A stretch of 64,000 nt of DNA from Pocillopora damicornis (lineage: Eukaryota): positions 124,001-188,000 of the forward strand of contig NW_020847347.1 of the NCBI RefSeq assembly GCF_003704095.1, in the 5' to 3' direction. The stretch's first letter is position 1. Every line of letters begins with the position of its first letter. This document shows positions 12,501 through 25,033 of this stretch, in pieces. The notes under the pieces were generated by a model that saw only the letters and a list, made by a program, of their open reading frames with translations, made no database searches and had not been told where the DNA came from. The position numbers and the translations under genes are program-made.

Positions 12501-15500
12501 GTTCACGTTGTTTTAGAAGTTCATCTTTTGTTCTCTCCAAAGTTTTTGCACTTTCATTGCTCTTACTTTGACTTGAAGCGTCAGTTTCTAGAGAATAAAT
12601 TATGGTAAAATGATTATAGGCGTTTTGTGATAATTCAAATTATTAAAATGTTGTCTCACTCTTAGTACATTTAAGTGTCTAATCCCAGTCCGCATAGCAT
12701 AAAATCCTAACCTTGGCATATGTTGAACGGTACAAGTTCTTGCTTTATTTTCGCAATCAGTGATAATAGTGAGGAAATCGAGCAAACGAATAACAACAAT
12801 TGTACACTAGAATAAAGCCATGCATGGAAAACTTAAAGAATCCAAGTGGTATTCTGTGTGATGAAACAGATTGTCCCAGTTAAATAAAAAGGATCTTGAC
12901 CTTTCCGGCATTTCTGTCTTTTCTGTCACGACGGAGACGTCAATCGACTTTTAAGATAAAAGTAGTTCGATGATTCTCTGGTGAAGTAGCTCTAGGTGAT
13001 ATTTCGTATAAACCAGTAATTCAGGATTTTAACAAAGAATCCTACCGTCCACATTTTTCCCTTTTTGTTGGATCTGTTTGTCAACTTCTCCAAGTTGGTT
13101 AGATAGTCGAAGAATATCCTAGAGGATTCAAATGAAAATGATTTTATCATTAAGAAGGTGTCGGAGTCCACACGTTTATTCGAGTTGAACCCTTTAGTCC
13201 CTAAGAGTGACTAGCATCTAATTTCTCCTTACTATATCACCCCTGAATCAAACACGAAAGTCATGAGAATAGAGCAGATGATCACCAGCTAAAGCAGCTC
13301 TTGACTGTTAAACAGATTCTCCTTGGCAGCCTCTTTGGAAAATACATGGAAAACAGTAAGGAGAATATGCATACTGATGTTAGGGTGTAAAGGGTTAATG
13401 AAGTGGTTTAATTCACTAAACTATTTCTCTTCTCTGTGACTTAATAGTTTGAACAAGGAAGTGTCTCCTTAAAGAAAACATAAAAGTTAAAATGTGTTTT
13501 TTTTCTTACCTTGGTAAGTATCTGGCTAGAGCGTAGTTTCTTCATTTCCAGTTCACTTTTCTCGGCCAGCATGGCTTCTTTGTTTAGTAGGATGGCTTCT
13601 CTTTTCTTCAGCTCCTCTGCTAAAGCTTCCATGGCCTCCTTTCTCCTCAAAACTTTTTCGACTTCATTATCCAACCATTGACGGCGTTGCTCTAATTTTG
13701 CTTGTTCATCGCTGTAAACAGAACAGTAGACGTCCTGGGGGTATCATAATTTTTTGGTTTGGGGTAAAATTCAAGAGTAATCACCGCAACGATTAGGGAG
13801 CTCTGCGATCTCGCTCGTTCTTTAGTAGTACATTAAAATGTGGCCTGTCTGGGGCTTTGCCTAATAGGAATTAGTGAAAGAAAAGCTGGCCAGTGCTTGT
13901 TCAGAAGTGAACTCCTAACCCAATGAACCTTTCTCTGCAATACCGTATCTAGGAAGATTCGTACCTCTCCTTTTCTTCAGATCCTTGTTTGCCAACACTT
14001 CTAAGTCGCCGCTTAGCGGCTGCCACCTCTTCTGTTTTCCTTTTGAGTATCTTCTGCTGCTGGCTCATATTATCTTCAAGTTCCTTGATCTTGTGCTGTT
14101 GTTTCTGCATTTCTCTCTCCATTTTTATTTTCCTGTCAGCCTCTTCTTTAAGCTTCTTCTGGAGCTGATCCTGTTGATTTCTCATCCTGTCAATGTGCAC
14201 CTCGAGTTCCTGAACTTTCTTTTCCCTCTCTTCGTGCAGGGCGCCTATTTTTTCATTGTCCTATGGAATATTTAAAGAAAATGAATAAGAAAAAGGTTAT
14301 CTTTTTGACTAGAAATTTCGAAATGCAGACCCATGCATGATACAACTGACTCAGTTGCGAGACCAACTGTTCAAAAAAGTTCTGTCCAAAACCTTACGAA
14401 TGATCACATCGAAAAGAACCGATACCAAGCTACAAAAAGATGGGTAAGAGAGAGAACGCTATGGACGCAGCGGCCTAATGCGCTGCCTTGGTCTTCAAGG
14501 CGGTCCAGGTTCCAGTGCTGCTATCTCGAATGTTCCAGCTGTTTACCGAAGGAAACGAGAGCCATTCTCGTACATTTCATCTTACGAGTAGGCAAAACAA
14601 GATAAGCTCTCTTCTGTGTCTTTACGGTTGGAAAGAACGAAGAAGTGCCAAGTATAACATAGAATACTTGTAGCAGCTTAAACGTCCAAAACATAAGTCT
14701 TACCTTTTGCTTTCGTTTCAAAGCCTGAAGCTTGGCCTCCACCGCCTGCAACTTTTTCTTATACTCAGTTTCGACTTTTTGTTTCTCCGCGACTTCGTGA
14801 TTAGTTTTAGATTCGTATTCTTCCAGAGTTTTCTTACTTTCTTCCAACTCTTTTTTGGCTTTTTCCAACTCCTGTTTCATGGACTTTATTTTCTCGGAGT
14901 ACTGCTTCTTTGTGTCCTTGGCTTCCCTATCACTCTTGGCTAGTTCCTTGATCAACTCCTCTTTTTGCCTAAACATTTATAATCAAAACATCACACATTA
15001 AACAAAAGAGGCAAGAGGCAACTATACAGCTAATTTCTTTCAATAAGGAGAAGGATATAAAGGTTTTCATATAAAACGTGCACTGGCTACCGAGGAGAAG
15101 GACAACGAAGGGAAGAAAGGGAAGGAATAGAAAGATTGGGGAAAAAAAAAGAGGGGAAGGGAGGAGATTGAGAGGGAGAGAGAGGATGATGAAGTAAAGG
15201 AGGAGGATGACACGGAAAAAGAGGAAAACAAGAAGGATAAGGAGCAGCAAGAGAGGGGCGGTTGAAGACGCTGAAAGAAACGAAGTGGGGGGATGAGGAG
15301 GGGTGATGGGGAAGAGGACAAGGAAGACGAAGAAAAGGAGAAGGAGGAGAGAGAAGCGAGGGAAGGGATGGTTGATGGAAAAGTAGGAAGGGGGAAGGAG
15401 GGAAACGAAGAAAACGTGAATGTGAGGAATGGGGAAGATCAACTTTGAGCAACGGTACCTTATATTAATAGTTAAATCCCTCAGTTTTTGCTGGGCGGAG

Positions 15501-18500
15501 TGGAGTCTTAACTCTGATTGTTTCACTTCGTTTCCGATAACTTGAGTACTCGATCGCAATGCTTCAACTTCATTATGTTCCGCTGAGTCAGGTCTTGACC
15601 CTCTGCCCTTCGATTCTGCCAAATCTTTTGTAGAGACCTAACGCAAACGATTTCACGAACAAGTTTATTACAGCAAACGCATATACCATCTAAAGCAAGA
15701 ATGTGTGGAGGTAGAGGTGCAAATCTATGGAAAAGTATTTTGTTTGTTTACATGACAATGTTTTGTAAAATGAATATAAGTGCACAAAGCGTTTTTAAAC
15801 CATTCACCTTGCCGTTACCCAAGATCTTTAAAGTCTTTGATTGTTTAGGAACAGTCTCAGGTACCCGTGGTATTTTCGAGCTTTCTCTTTTCATATTCCA
15901 AGTCCTGCCCAATTCCCTGAGAATAAATAAATATTATTCTACGATTTAAAAACAAATATGCCGACCAATGTTAGAAAAAGCAAGTAAACAGAGTCAGAAC
16001 GAACTTTCTTGTGCATGTTCTGAGGCGAGCATGTCTCTCTCAATTTTGATGTAAACAGGATGAGATTGGTTAGCACAAAATGATCCCGGTCAATCAGTAC
16101 GTTACTAAAAATAAATCACACAATTCTACACTTAGCCTTCGCTTCCCTCTGGGTGAATTTTTTGTACCTTGAAGGTTCTTCATCCACCTCGTCTGCACTT
16201 TCACTGCTGTCTGACAAGGTGCATACAACCTCGTCTTCCTCCTCGTGTTGGCTGACTAGCAACTGACTGCGTGCTCTGAAATCTTGTATGACTCTGTCAA
16301 CTATGAACTAGACACGAAACAGAAGCAATCAAATTTCCTTTTTAGAACCTAAGGCAAGAAGAGTAAGAAATGGAAAGGCCTTTAACTTTCACAAGTGTAT
16401 GGCTCTCTTTCTTAAGGCAATACGGCACGTAGACTTAAAGTGTGGCAGGTAGGGGGAGTAGGAGTGATACAAGGAGACCTCTTTCCGGAAAAAAAATGGA
16501 TTGAGAACAATCTCCGCGCTTCACTACTGCTGATCTCGGTTTTGTTCAATCTCTTCCCTCGGGATTTTTTTATCTCAACGAACAGTATAGCTCGTTAATG
16601 CTTACCACAGGCGGGCTGCTGTGAACTTCTCTATCATTCATAGACGCCGTCCCATCTTCAACTAATGGCGCAGTATGAATACGTGTTCCTCGAGGACTGG
16701 AGAAGGCCATTTTGTCTTCTAAAAGAACAATAAATAAGCCCAGTAAACAGAATTAAACTTTACAGAAGGATAATCTAATCTGGTCGCACAATTTTGCTAA
16801 AAAAGCAGAAAAAAATTATCTCTTGAAAACTTCAATCGTACCTTGATGACCCCCTTGGTTAAGAAGGAGTTGATTAAGCTGGAGTTGTTGCTGGAATAGT
16901 TGATCTTCATGTTTTTTCAAGCGATTCTGCGCTTCTTGCAGTTGGTTGTTGAGTTTAAGTTTCTCTTCCTCGAGTTTATGCGCATGCTCCCTTAGAAATT
17001 CGATCTCCTTTGATTTCTCCGCGAATATTTCTTCATCACTTGACAAATCTTCCTTGTACTATGAAGGAAAGGGATTCGTGGTTTAGACCGGGAAATGGCA
17101 AGGCCGATTGGGAGGCGATAAACTTAATTTTACTACTTCATTGGCATAACTTTGTCTATCCTGAAGCCTTCAAAATCGTCACCATTACCTTGTTAAGTTC
17201 TTTCTTAAGCTGCTCTATCAGGTCGGCTTGTTGTTGACGACTGGTGTTTGGAGTCCAGATTGGTCTCGACCTAATCTGCTCTACAGCTTTAAGAAACCGG
17301 TCAAATTGGCTACACTGATTATTTGACATCACGCCGGCCTTGTGCAGAGCTTTTAATTGATTTAAAGCATCGGAAAGAAGCTGTTTGTATGTGTCACACG
17401 CTCCACGAGATCTTAAATAGGTAAAAAAAAAAAACTCTTTTTCATTGGCTCCACGTTTATATCGAAATACCTCACATTATGCTAGGAGGGGAAGTGGTAT
17501 CAAATCTAATTTAGTGCACAAATAGGATTTTAAAAAATTGAAATGCAGCAATATTTGGAAAATTATTTTTCGTAGTTCCTTACCTTTCTAATTCATCCTC
17601 TAGCGACTTGATTCGCTCGGCATCTTCTCCTGTACCGGCAGACCCAAAAGATGAACCACGGCGCCGTTGAAGTTCTTCACGGAGAGCCTACATCAAAAAG
17701 ACAACAAGAGTGAAGTGCCATGATTAACGCGAGCGAAACACACAGGTGTAACTTTAAGGTTCAAACCTTGGGAGAGAGGGACGGACTGGGGGCAGGAGGT
17801 AAAGTAACACCTAACAACAAGCGAAAACTGATTTTTGTCAAATATTGTACATTTAGCTGGCAGTATCTGGCTGACAAAGGCTTCTTCCTTTGATGCCATT
17901 ACATATTTGTGAAGTCTGAGAGCGAGCGCTTTTTGTGTCTTCATTAGATGTAGGTTACGTTAAATAACCCAACATGGTCTTGGAGTTCGCAATAGGATAT
18001 TTTGGGGTATTTTCTTAAAATTCAAGTGAATCAAATTCACCAACACACACACTGATATAAGATCACTTTACCTGTATCTCGCTTTGCATTTCTGCCAGTC
18101 TTGTATTCTGTGGATCACGATTAACCACTGGCTTGTTGCGAATGTTTCTAGCCTAAAAAGAAGGGAATATTGTGTGCGGCAATCTTCGCTTTACCTGACG
18201 TACCCATAAGTCTTAGTTTAGACTTAGTCTTGCCTTAGTTTCCTTTTCATTAGCTTTAAACTAAGGTCCAACATACTCACCCTCGTGGCATACTTTAAGG
18301 AATTCAAATTTTCCGCAAAGTCTGTTGCACAAGGACTGAGACACGTTATCATCAATGTTCTGGAATTGCCTCCCAAAGAATCTTTTAGCAGTCTTGTTAC
18401 CTTACTGTCCCTGTACGGAACATGGAGGACCTGAAATGGCAATCAAAAAATGTACCAAGGTAAAGTCGAAGGTTCACTTCCGGTCATGTAAGTTGTGCAG

Positions 18501-21500
18501 GTCAAATTCTGAATTCTTTCAGACTTATTGTCTGCGAAAAACAGGTTGACAGCAACGAGCCTTTTGAACTGGTCAAAGAATAGAACTTAAGAGTTTTCCT
18601 TACAAGAATAGGGTGGTGCTGGATTGGCACCGCGCTTCTGAGAAAAAACACTAATATCGAAAAAGTTAATCTCAGATGGACTTTAAAGGAGCCAGAATTA
18701 AGGGTATTGTAACTGGGAGCAAGCATCGCGGCTTGCAAACGAGCGACTCAATGAAGAAGACTCACTGGACGATGCACTAAGCACGACTTGACGTTGAAAG
18801 GCTAAATTATGATCATTAATTACTTTAATAGTTGCAGTTAACCCGTGAGCTGGTACCGAGTCAATAGGCCTCCATGTCTTGCATGAATACACCTTTCTAG
18901 TATCATAATACGTTTCTTCGCATACCTTCTTTTTGGAGTCCGCCAGAGCACTAATCACATTTCCCAGCGCTAACAAACCACTGTTAATGTACACAGACTC
19001 CTTGAACCTTTCACCGACGTTTCCTGTTCGATGAGCTCTCTCTGAACCAGCAAGATCAACGAAGTGGAACTTGGCATACTTGTAATCCGTGAAGTCTGAC
19101 AAATAATTAAGAGAAGTCAATGATTAGTCTTCAGTGCCCAGCTATCTATTAACAAAAGAGTGGAGATAGGCTAAAGAAAGCGCAGTGCCCAGCTATCTAT
19201 TAACAAAAGAGTGGAGATAGACTAAAGAAAGCGCAGTTTTATCATTTTACCAAGTTAGTAAAGATTGCTTAAAACGGAAATACGATCGAAAAAAAAAACA
19301 CACACGCAAACAAGGAAACAAAAAAATACCAAGACATGGGTTATAATAACTTTCTCTATAAGCAGTTGCCGATGTTGTAATAGGGGACTGGGTCCGAAAA
19401 GAGGCCATGAGGCGGTACCCAAACACGAGAGGCTTCTCGAGGCTAAACAGACGGTGGTGAGAGGTCTGGTGACTAGCTTTTATTGAAACACCTGCCAAGA
19501 CATAATTTATATACATACATACTAAATTTCTTACCCATGTCGCTCTTTTTCTCACTGTCCACATGCTCATCTTCAGCCAGAGGTTTTTGCTCTTTTTTTC
19601 AAGAAATCAAAGGACGCAAGAATGAGGATACGAATAACAAGTAATTTGTGAATGTGAAAAAATTAACGTCATAATCTCATAAATTTAACTCTTAATGTCA
19701 ATAACTAATCTTTAAATCCATATTAAGCTCAAAAAAGTAGTAATTTGAGGTATTTTTGTCAAAATACTCGCGTGTAAAAGCAAGAGCTCATTACATGATG
19801 GAGCAATGGAGGGATATGGGATAACCTAAGTAACAAACGTCCAAAACTTTTCGCGGCTCCGCTACTCGTTTTTGCAAGTGCATCGCTTGTCAACCTAAAA
19901 CGTTCATTAAAAGACCAGCTACCCAAGCTAGAGAGGAGATCCTTGTGTCTTTGTCTATGCATCTTTCCATTGAAAAGTGGGCTATACACCTGATTTGGGC
20001 TTTCCTCCTTCAATCAAAATCTATCGCGAACGCAACCTCGTTCCGAACGAATAAGATTGCTAAGTTGAAATTGCCAATTTTTCAACTTGTCACTTCGCCC
20101 TCTTCGCTGCTTAATACTTAGAACTAGACATCTACGTAAAAGTCAATGTCTTTTTAGACTTTTCTTTTACCAACATATAGAGTGAAAATCGTATGTGATC
20201 GGCTGGAGCGTTCATTCATATTCGTGGTGCCCACTTGCCGCCCAGCTGATCCTGAGTCCAGGCAGCTCATAACTTCATCTGCTGTGTTCACTGGCTGTTC
20301 AGTGGCTCCTACAATAACTGAAACAAGAGAGGAAAAATTCTGTACCTGATAGAGCCATTTTCATTTGCGAGTCAAGTGTAATTCGGTATTGCTCTGGCTT
20401 TGCTTTATTTCGCTCTGCGATTGGTCTAGAAATCTCGCGCCATTCCCTAAACCAATAAGATGCGAAACTAACACTAACCGTGATTTGGACACCCGCGTTT
20501 TCCCGCGCTTTTGGAAATTGCCTGTTTTTACTTTGAGTTCCAATGGTATTTTTCTATTTCGACAATCGAAGACAAAAAGCTTCAAATTTTTTGAGATGGA
20601 GAAACGAGATTTTTTTTGGCACAGCAGCCAGCAATTTATAAGAATGCTTTTATACTCAGCCTCCTTTCCAGTGACTTGCAGCAAGATCACTTACAGAGAG
20701 CAATTTTCATTTGAGTGAGGAAAATAATCCGAAATTGGTTTGTTTTGACTTTACCTCAGTCTATGATTGGTCCATAAAATTCACGTCACTCTTTCAACCA
20801 ATCAGATGCAATTATCCAAACCACTCGCGATTTGGTCTCTCACGTTTTCCCGCGCTTCAGGCAATTTTTCGGCTTTACTTTAAGTTCTTACTGACTTTTT
20901 AAGGTACCGGTGTTTCCTTTCTTCGTTAAAGCAGATGATTAAGTTTGGGGTATATAACAGCTAACTCTTTCGCTTCGTGCACGAAATTTGGTACAACAAA
21001 ACTCAACAACACTACGGCAGTAAGCCTTCTGCCAATTGTATCATAGCAGTACCTGTATTTCCCTTCTCATCCTCTCTGACATGAATATCTTTACTAGATG
21101 TATCCATATCGAGTAAATCTCTCAACTCCTCCATGTAAATCTCAACATAAGATACAGTCACAACAAACTCTGTTTTGTGTTTGTTTTCCTGTGGAAAAAA
21201 AACCTGGATATGAGTTATTTTGGGGATTATAGTGTTATCAACAGTTTTGAGTGAATAGATGACATCATTATGATCATGAAAATGATTACAGCTGTGGGTA
21301 AGTGTGAGTAAAATATTAATTTTTTGCCTGATACCTCCAGAGATGACACCTGGCTATAGATGGCAAACTGGTGGGGTTAAACGAACTTAAATCCTAATAA
21401 TTATAATAATCATCATCATCATCACCACCATCATCATCATCATCATCATTGTAATCATCATTATTAAGAACTGGATCTTTGGATAATGCAATTCAAGAGT

Positions 21501-24259
21501 TTTCATTGGCTTAGCCATCATGGGTTATGAGCCATTACACCATGCTCTAGTAAGTGTACACATCAAAAAAAGTTTACAAAATAAGGTTGGGAAGATTTAT
21601 CGATATTTTTGGGTGTTTTTTAAAATACTTATACCACTCACACTTGTCAGATACGAGGCAATTATACCCAACTCAGCCCTATGGACCATGTTGGCTATCT
21701 CTCATCTCATATCCAATGCACACTCCTGGAATAATTATTTTTATAATCCTAAAATCATAAATTTTTAACTTAATGTTTTACTTCATCATCTTTTCTTTAC
21801 CCATTACTCATGACAAGTCAAACATGGCAATAGATTCAAAATGGTGAAATAAGAACTATAAAAATTCCTTCCTTGAAGAATCAATTGAAGGTAAATAGAG
21901 CATGATGCTAGTTCACCAATGAAATATCAGTTATTTATGAAGTGATACAATCTCTATCTCTGTTGGAATGATAACCTTCTGAGCAAACAGGTGCCCTATG
22001 GTGCTTGCCCCTCACTGAGAAGATCTCCTAAAACAATCCACTTTTACTCTAAGGTTTAAATCCCTTAGAGAAAGGTATGACTAAAATCCTGTTACATGAT
22101 GCTTTGCAAACCCTTTTTGAAAATCCTGCATTTCCCTGTGCTAACATTTACCTCCATAATCTGAAAAAGTTGTTTAACAGCTCTAAGAATAATCCCATAC
22201 TGTTCTTCCAAAAGGCCAGCACTGTCAGTTCCACCAATTGTATAGGTCTTCCCAGAGCTCTGTCATACAAATAAACATTTAACTGATTGAAAAAGTGTTA
22301 GAAAACTTCTTCATTACATGTATGTACATGCTATTTCTTGGTATCTTAGGGTTTACCTTGTAAGAAACTATGGAGTTTCCTTAGTTTGTAAAGAAACTTT
22401 CACTAAAATTTTCCACCAGTACACTGTTTTGACTTCAATTTACACATGTATGTAATGGGTTCCTACACCAGAGATGGGCTTTATATTGATTACTTTACCT
22501 ATAAATATCAAATCACATTTACATGTACACATCAACCATGACTTTGCAGGACAATTTTGAGCTTACAGCTACAAGACTTGAGCACAGTAGCCTCAAGATT
22601 TACTAGTTGCTATTTACAAATTGCCTGCTATCATGATATTATATGTGGCAATAAAGCAACAAGAATGAACATTGCATCGCAACAGTACTCACAGTTTGTC
22701 CATAAGCAAACACAGTGGCATTATATCCTTCCATACAGCTTTTCACCAATGGTTCCACACACTTTTCATAAACCTCTGTCTGATGACAAAGATTAAAGAA
22801 CAACTCTTAAAAATCAACAACTTGCCATCTTCTATGAAATATTGAGTTTATTCTTGCATGGAAAAAGAAATAATCAGACATGAAGTATTTTTCCTCAACT
22901 TACCTGCCACATGCTTTTTTCCAAAACCCATTGTGAACTTCCTACATCAGCATTTATTACAAAGTTTGTTTGAAAAGCATTCCCATCTAAAAAAGAGCTC
23001 TTTAAATGAACACTCCCTGATGGAACTTAAATCATCCAAATGTGTCCCCCCTCTTTGGCATTTTTCTTTACCCTTCTTATTAACTCAAAAAGGACAAGAC
23101 TAAATCTACTGCAACTGGTACAACATATTCTGATAGATAGTTTATGACTCTTGTGTAATCTATCATTGGTGATCAGATCTTTTCTTCTGATTTTAGCCCT
23201 TCATTTACATCATCACCCAATTTCGCATGTTAGTTATATACACACAGTACAATAAACATGCACATTGTATTAATAATAAATTCATTACCTGACTTGCTTT
23301 TGGAGGGAACACGTAATCAAATGTGAATCCCCGGTCCTTTCCAAGGATCAATTGAGGCTTCTCTGGAATAAAGCGCACACACTGTGGGACATTGTGGACT
23401 TTCTCCTTGCCAACCAAAGGGCGTACCTGAGGGCATAACACAATGACATGCTTTGAAAAAAAATTGCTTAGATATTAACCCATTTGAAGGCCCCTGAACT
23501 GCTCCTTACTGCCCATGTATCTCTTCTGTAACAATGGCAAAATACTCTACACTTTTACATTTTTTCATCAAAGTGTGCCCAAGGCGTAAACATTGAAGGA
23601 TATCAAATGTCTTCTGATTATTCCCTAGATTTTAATGGCATATTGGTCACATGATGAGTGTAAACCAATTGCACATGAGAAAATATGTCTAATGATTGTA
23701 GTTAAATTGTGATGAGTTACTTAAATAAATCTTCACCAAGGCATTGCATTTATGGGAACTATTGGTAAATGTGACTACCCTGAATATTATCTACCTGCCC
23801 AAGTGTTTTATGTCTAAGTGGTAAAATATTCCAAAAAGTAATTGGGGGGTTACACACTTATGGGGAAAACATTTTCTTTGACTTTTTCAATTTCCATTTA
23901 CAGGTCCTAAGTTCTGACTTCGCAGTGACTCTCTCTCTGCTTCCAACCGAATGAGCCTTGTGTGACATCCAAAAGAACGGCTGCGAAGGATTTTAATGCT
24001 CAAGTAAATTACTTTCAAACACTATTCGATAAAATTAGCCGCCCACGATCTAAAAAATCCACAAAAGTGTTCTTTAGCAGACATGGGGATAAAATTAAAT
24101 TGTAGGATAAAATAAAATAAATGCAAGACCAACAATAACCCCCCTAACTTAAACGAGCCAATTAGAAATTTCTTAGTGATTGCCTAGATATGTCAGATCA
24201 GTGCGCTGATTTTCATAGCAACGTACCCGAACAGCAACTTTTACTGGAACTTCTGTCAT
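9526..24259 (-). CDS. KIF27: Kinesin-4 family KIF27/KIF7-like motor, ~1352 aa, 28 exons
   Basis: Exons from high to low coordinate: 24227-24259, 23289-23426, 22693-22779, 22152-22259, 21053-21188, 20171-20317, 19535-19591, 18926-19095, 18281-18430, 18072-18152, 17584-17687, 17189-17411, 16842-17058, 16606-16718, 16168-16307, 15808-15916, 15459-15637, 14704-14968, 13965-14260, 13510-13711, 13046-13118, 12446-12587, 11936-12188, 11531-11709, 10960-11176, 10122-10207, 9694-9812, 9526-9560. All are phase-compatible. Motifs: N-terminal [27 protein letters not shown]|[59 protein letters not shown], then a long coiled coil. Probably the pro-orthologue of both KIF7 and KIF27. Confidence 0.92.
10478..10620 (+). 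mobile_element. Penelope-type terminal repeat fragment with decayed minimal hammerhead motif
   Basis: GCT-CTGACGA-AAGGCTGAAGCT-GGAACCTC-AGC followed by CTTTACGGTGG, homologous to 50571-50670. The GAAACGTC core is mutated. Confidence 0.55.
13190..13394. mobile_element. piggyBac-type MITE; related partial copies near 45140-45330 and 46315-46400
   Basis: Termini CCCTTTA...TAAAGGG, with TTAA on the right and TGAA (degenerate target-site duplication) on the left. No coding capacity. Confidence 0.6.
15085..15440. repeat. Polypurine/polypyrimidine (GA-rich) low-complexity tract in a KIF27 intron
   Basis: About 350 bp, mostly G and A on the + strand. Confidence 0.85.
19132..19237. repeat. 51-bp tandem duplication (2 copies)
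   Basis: CAGTGCCCAGCTATCTATTAACAAAAGAGTGGAGATAG(G/A)CTAAAGAAAGCG at 19132 and 19183, one mismatch. Confidence 0.95.
20350..20900. mobile_element. Two copies of a dispersed non-autonomous repeat rich in GATTGG/CCAAT; relatives near 5850-6120 and 42640-42960
   Basis: Shared core GATTGGTC..AAA.TC.CG.CA.T....AACCAAT.AGATGC...CGTTTTCCCGCGC at ~20420 and ~20765. Confidence 0.55.
21408..21462. repeat. (CAT)n microsatellite
   Basis: ATC/CAT trinucleotide run. Confidence 0.85.
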
Positions 24260-25033
24260 TTTATCAAGTTCGTTGCGATCCAGTACTTTTGAATTCCATG
24301 AACACAATGCAATCAGTCAAATCTTCCCTCAAAAATTCCCTTTGTAATTTGGCGGTCAAACAGTCTGACATCCATGTTTGTTTATACCCAAGACTCAGCT
24401 GATCAGCGGTATAAACAAATAAGCTCAGTGAATGATGGGTAATAAAAACATGGCTGCCGAATTGAAACTGAAAGGGTTAGAGCTGTTTGGGAATTTTCAG
24501 CGCACTAAATCATAGAGCGCCTCGCGATTTGAAGCAACGCTTCAGTGATTGTTGCCATAGTTGAGCTATTTCATCCAGAGGCCATCGTATAGACATACGA
24601 AATAACTCCAAAGTGGGAACCCCGACAAGGTACAGATCGCAACATATCGGCAACCGCAGACACTTTGACGTCGCACGCAAATGACGGTATGTGAAACATA
24701 CAAAATACTTAATCATGCCAGATTTGATACTGCATATCTAGAAGAGGTATTTTTCAATACATTGTCATATTTTCTGTAGTAATTTCCGAGTTCTTTCCAA
24801 TGTTATTTTATTTCAATGATTTCTTTATTCTTTTTTTCGAAACTGAAAGAAATTACTTCGGGGATTTTTTAATAATTTACACTCAGATTTTTCCCATTTT
24901 CTTATTGAAGGTCTTTCGCTTTTGAACTCGACGTCTAAAAAGATCCTAGGCGAGCTTTCGTTTGCAGAAAGGAAAATCGAAGGAGGAAAGCAGTTCATAA
25001 CCCTTTGGTCCTTTAACAAAATTGCCTGCTAGT
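24260..25033. promoter_or_regulatory. Putative bidirectional promoter and 5'UTR region shared by KIF27-like and ADAR1-like genes
   Basis: Divergent start codons about 775 bp apart, locally CpG-richer sequence, and a YY1-like AAAACATGGCTGCC at ~24444-24457. Confidence 0.55.

Noticed and set aside
12901-12922. Possible KIF27 micro-exon
   Set aside because: Candidate lengths of 22 or 13 nt break the frame, and the flanking exons join directly in phase.
14969-15458. Long hydrophobic or Pro/Ser-rich ORFs (217, 121 and 84 aa)
   Set aside because: Read-through into a low-complexity polypyrimidine intron. Only 15459-15637 is a real KIF27 exon.
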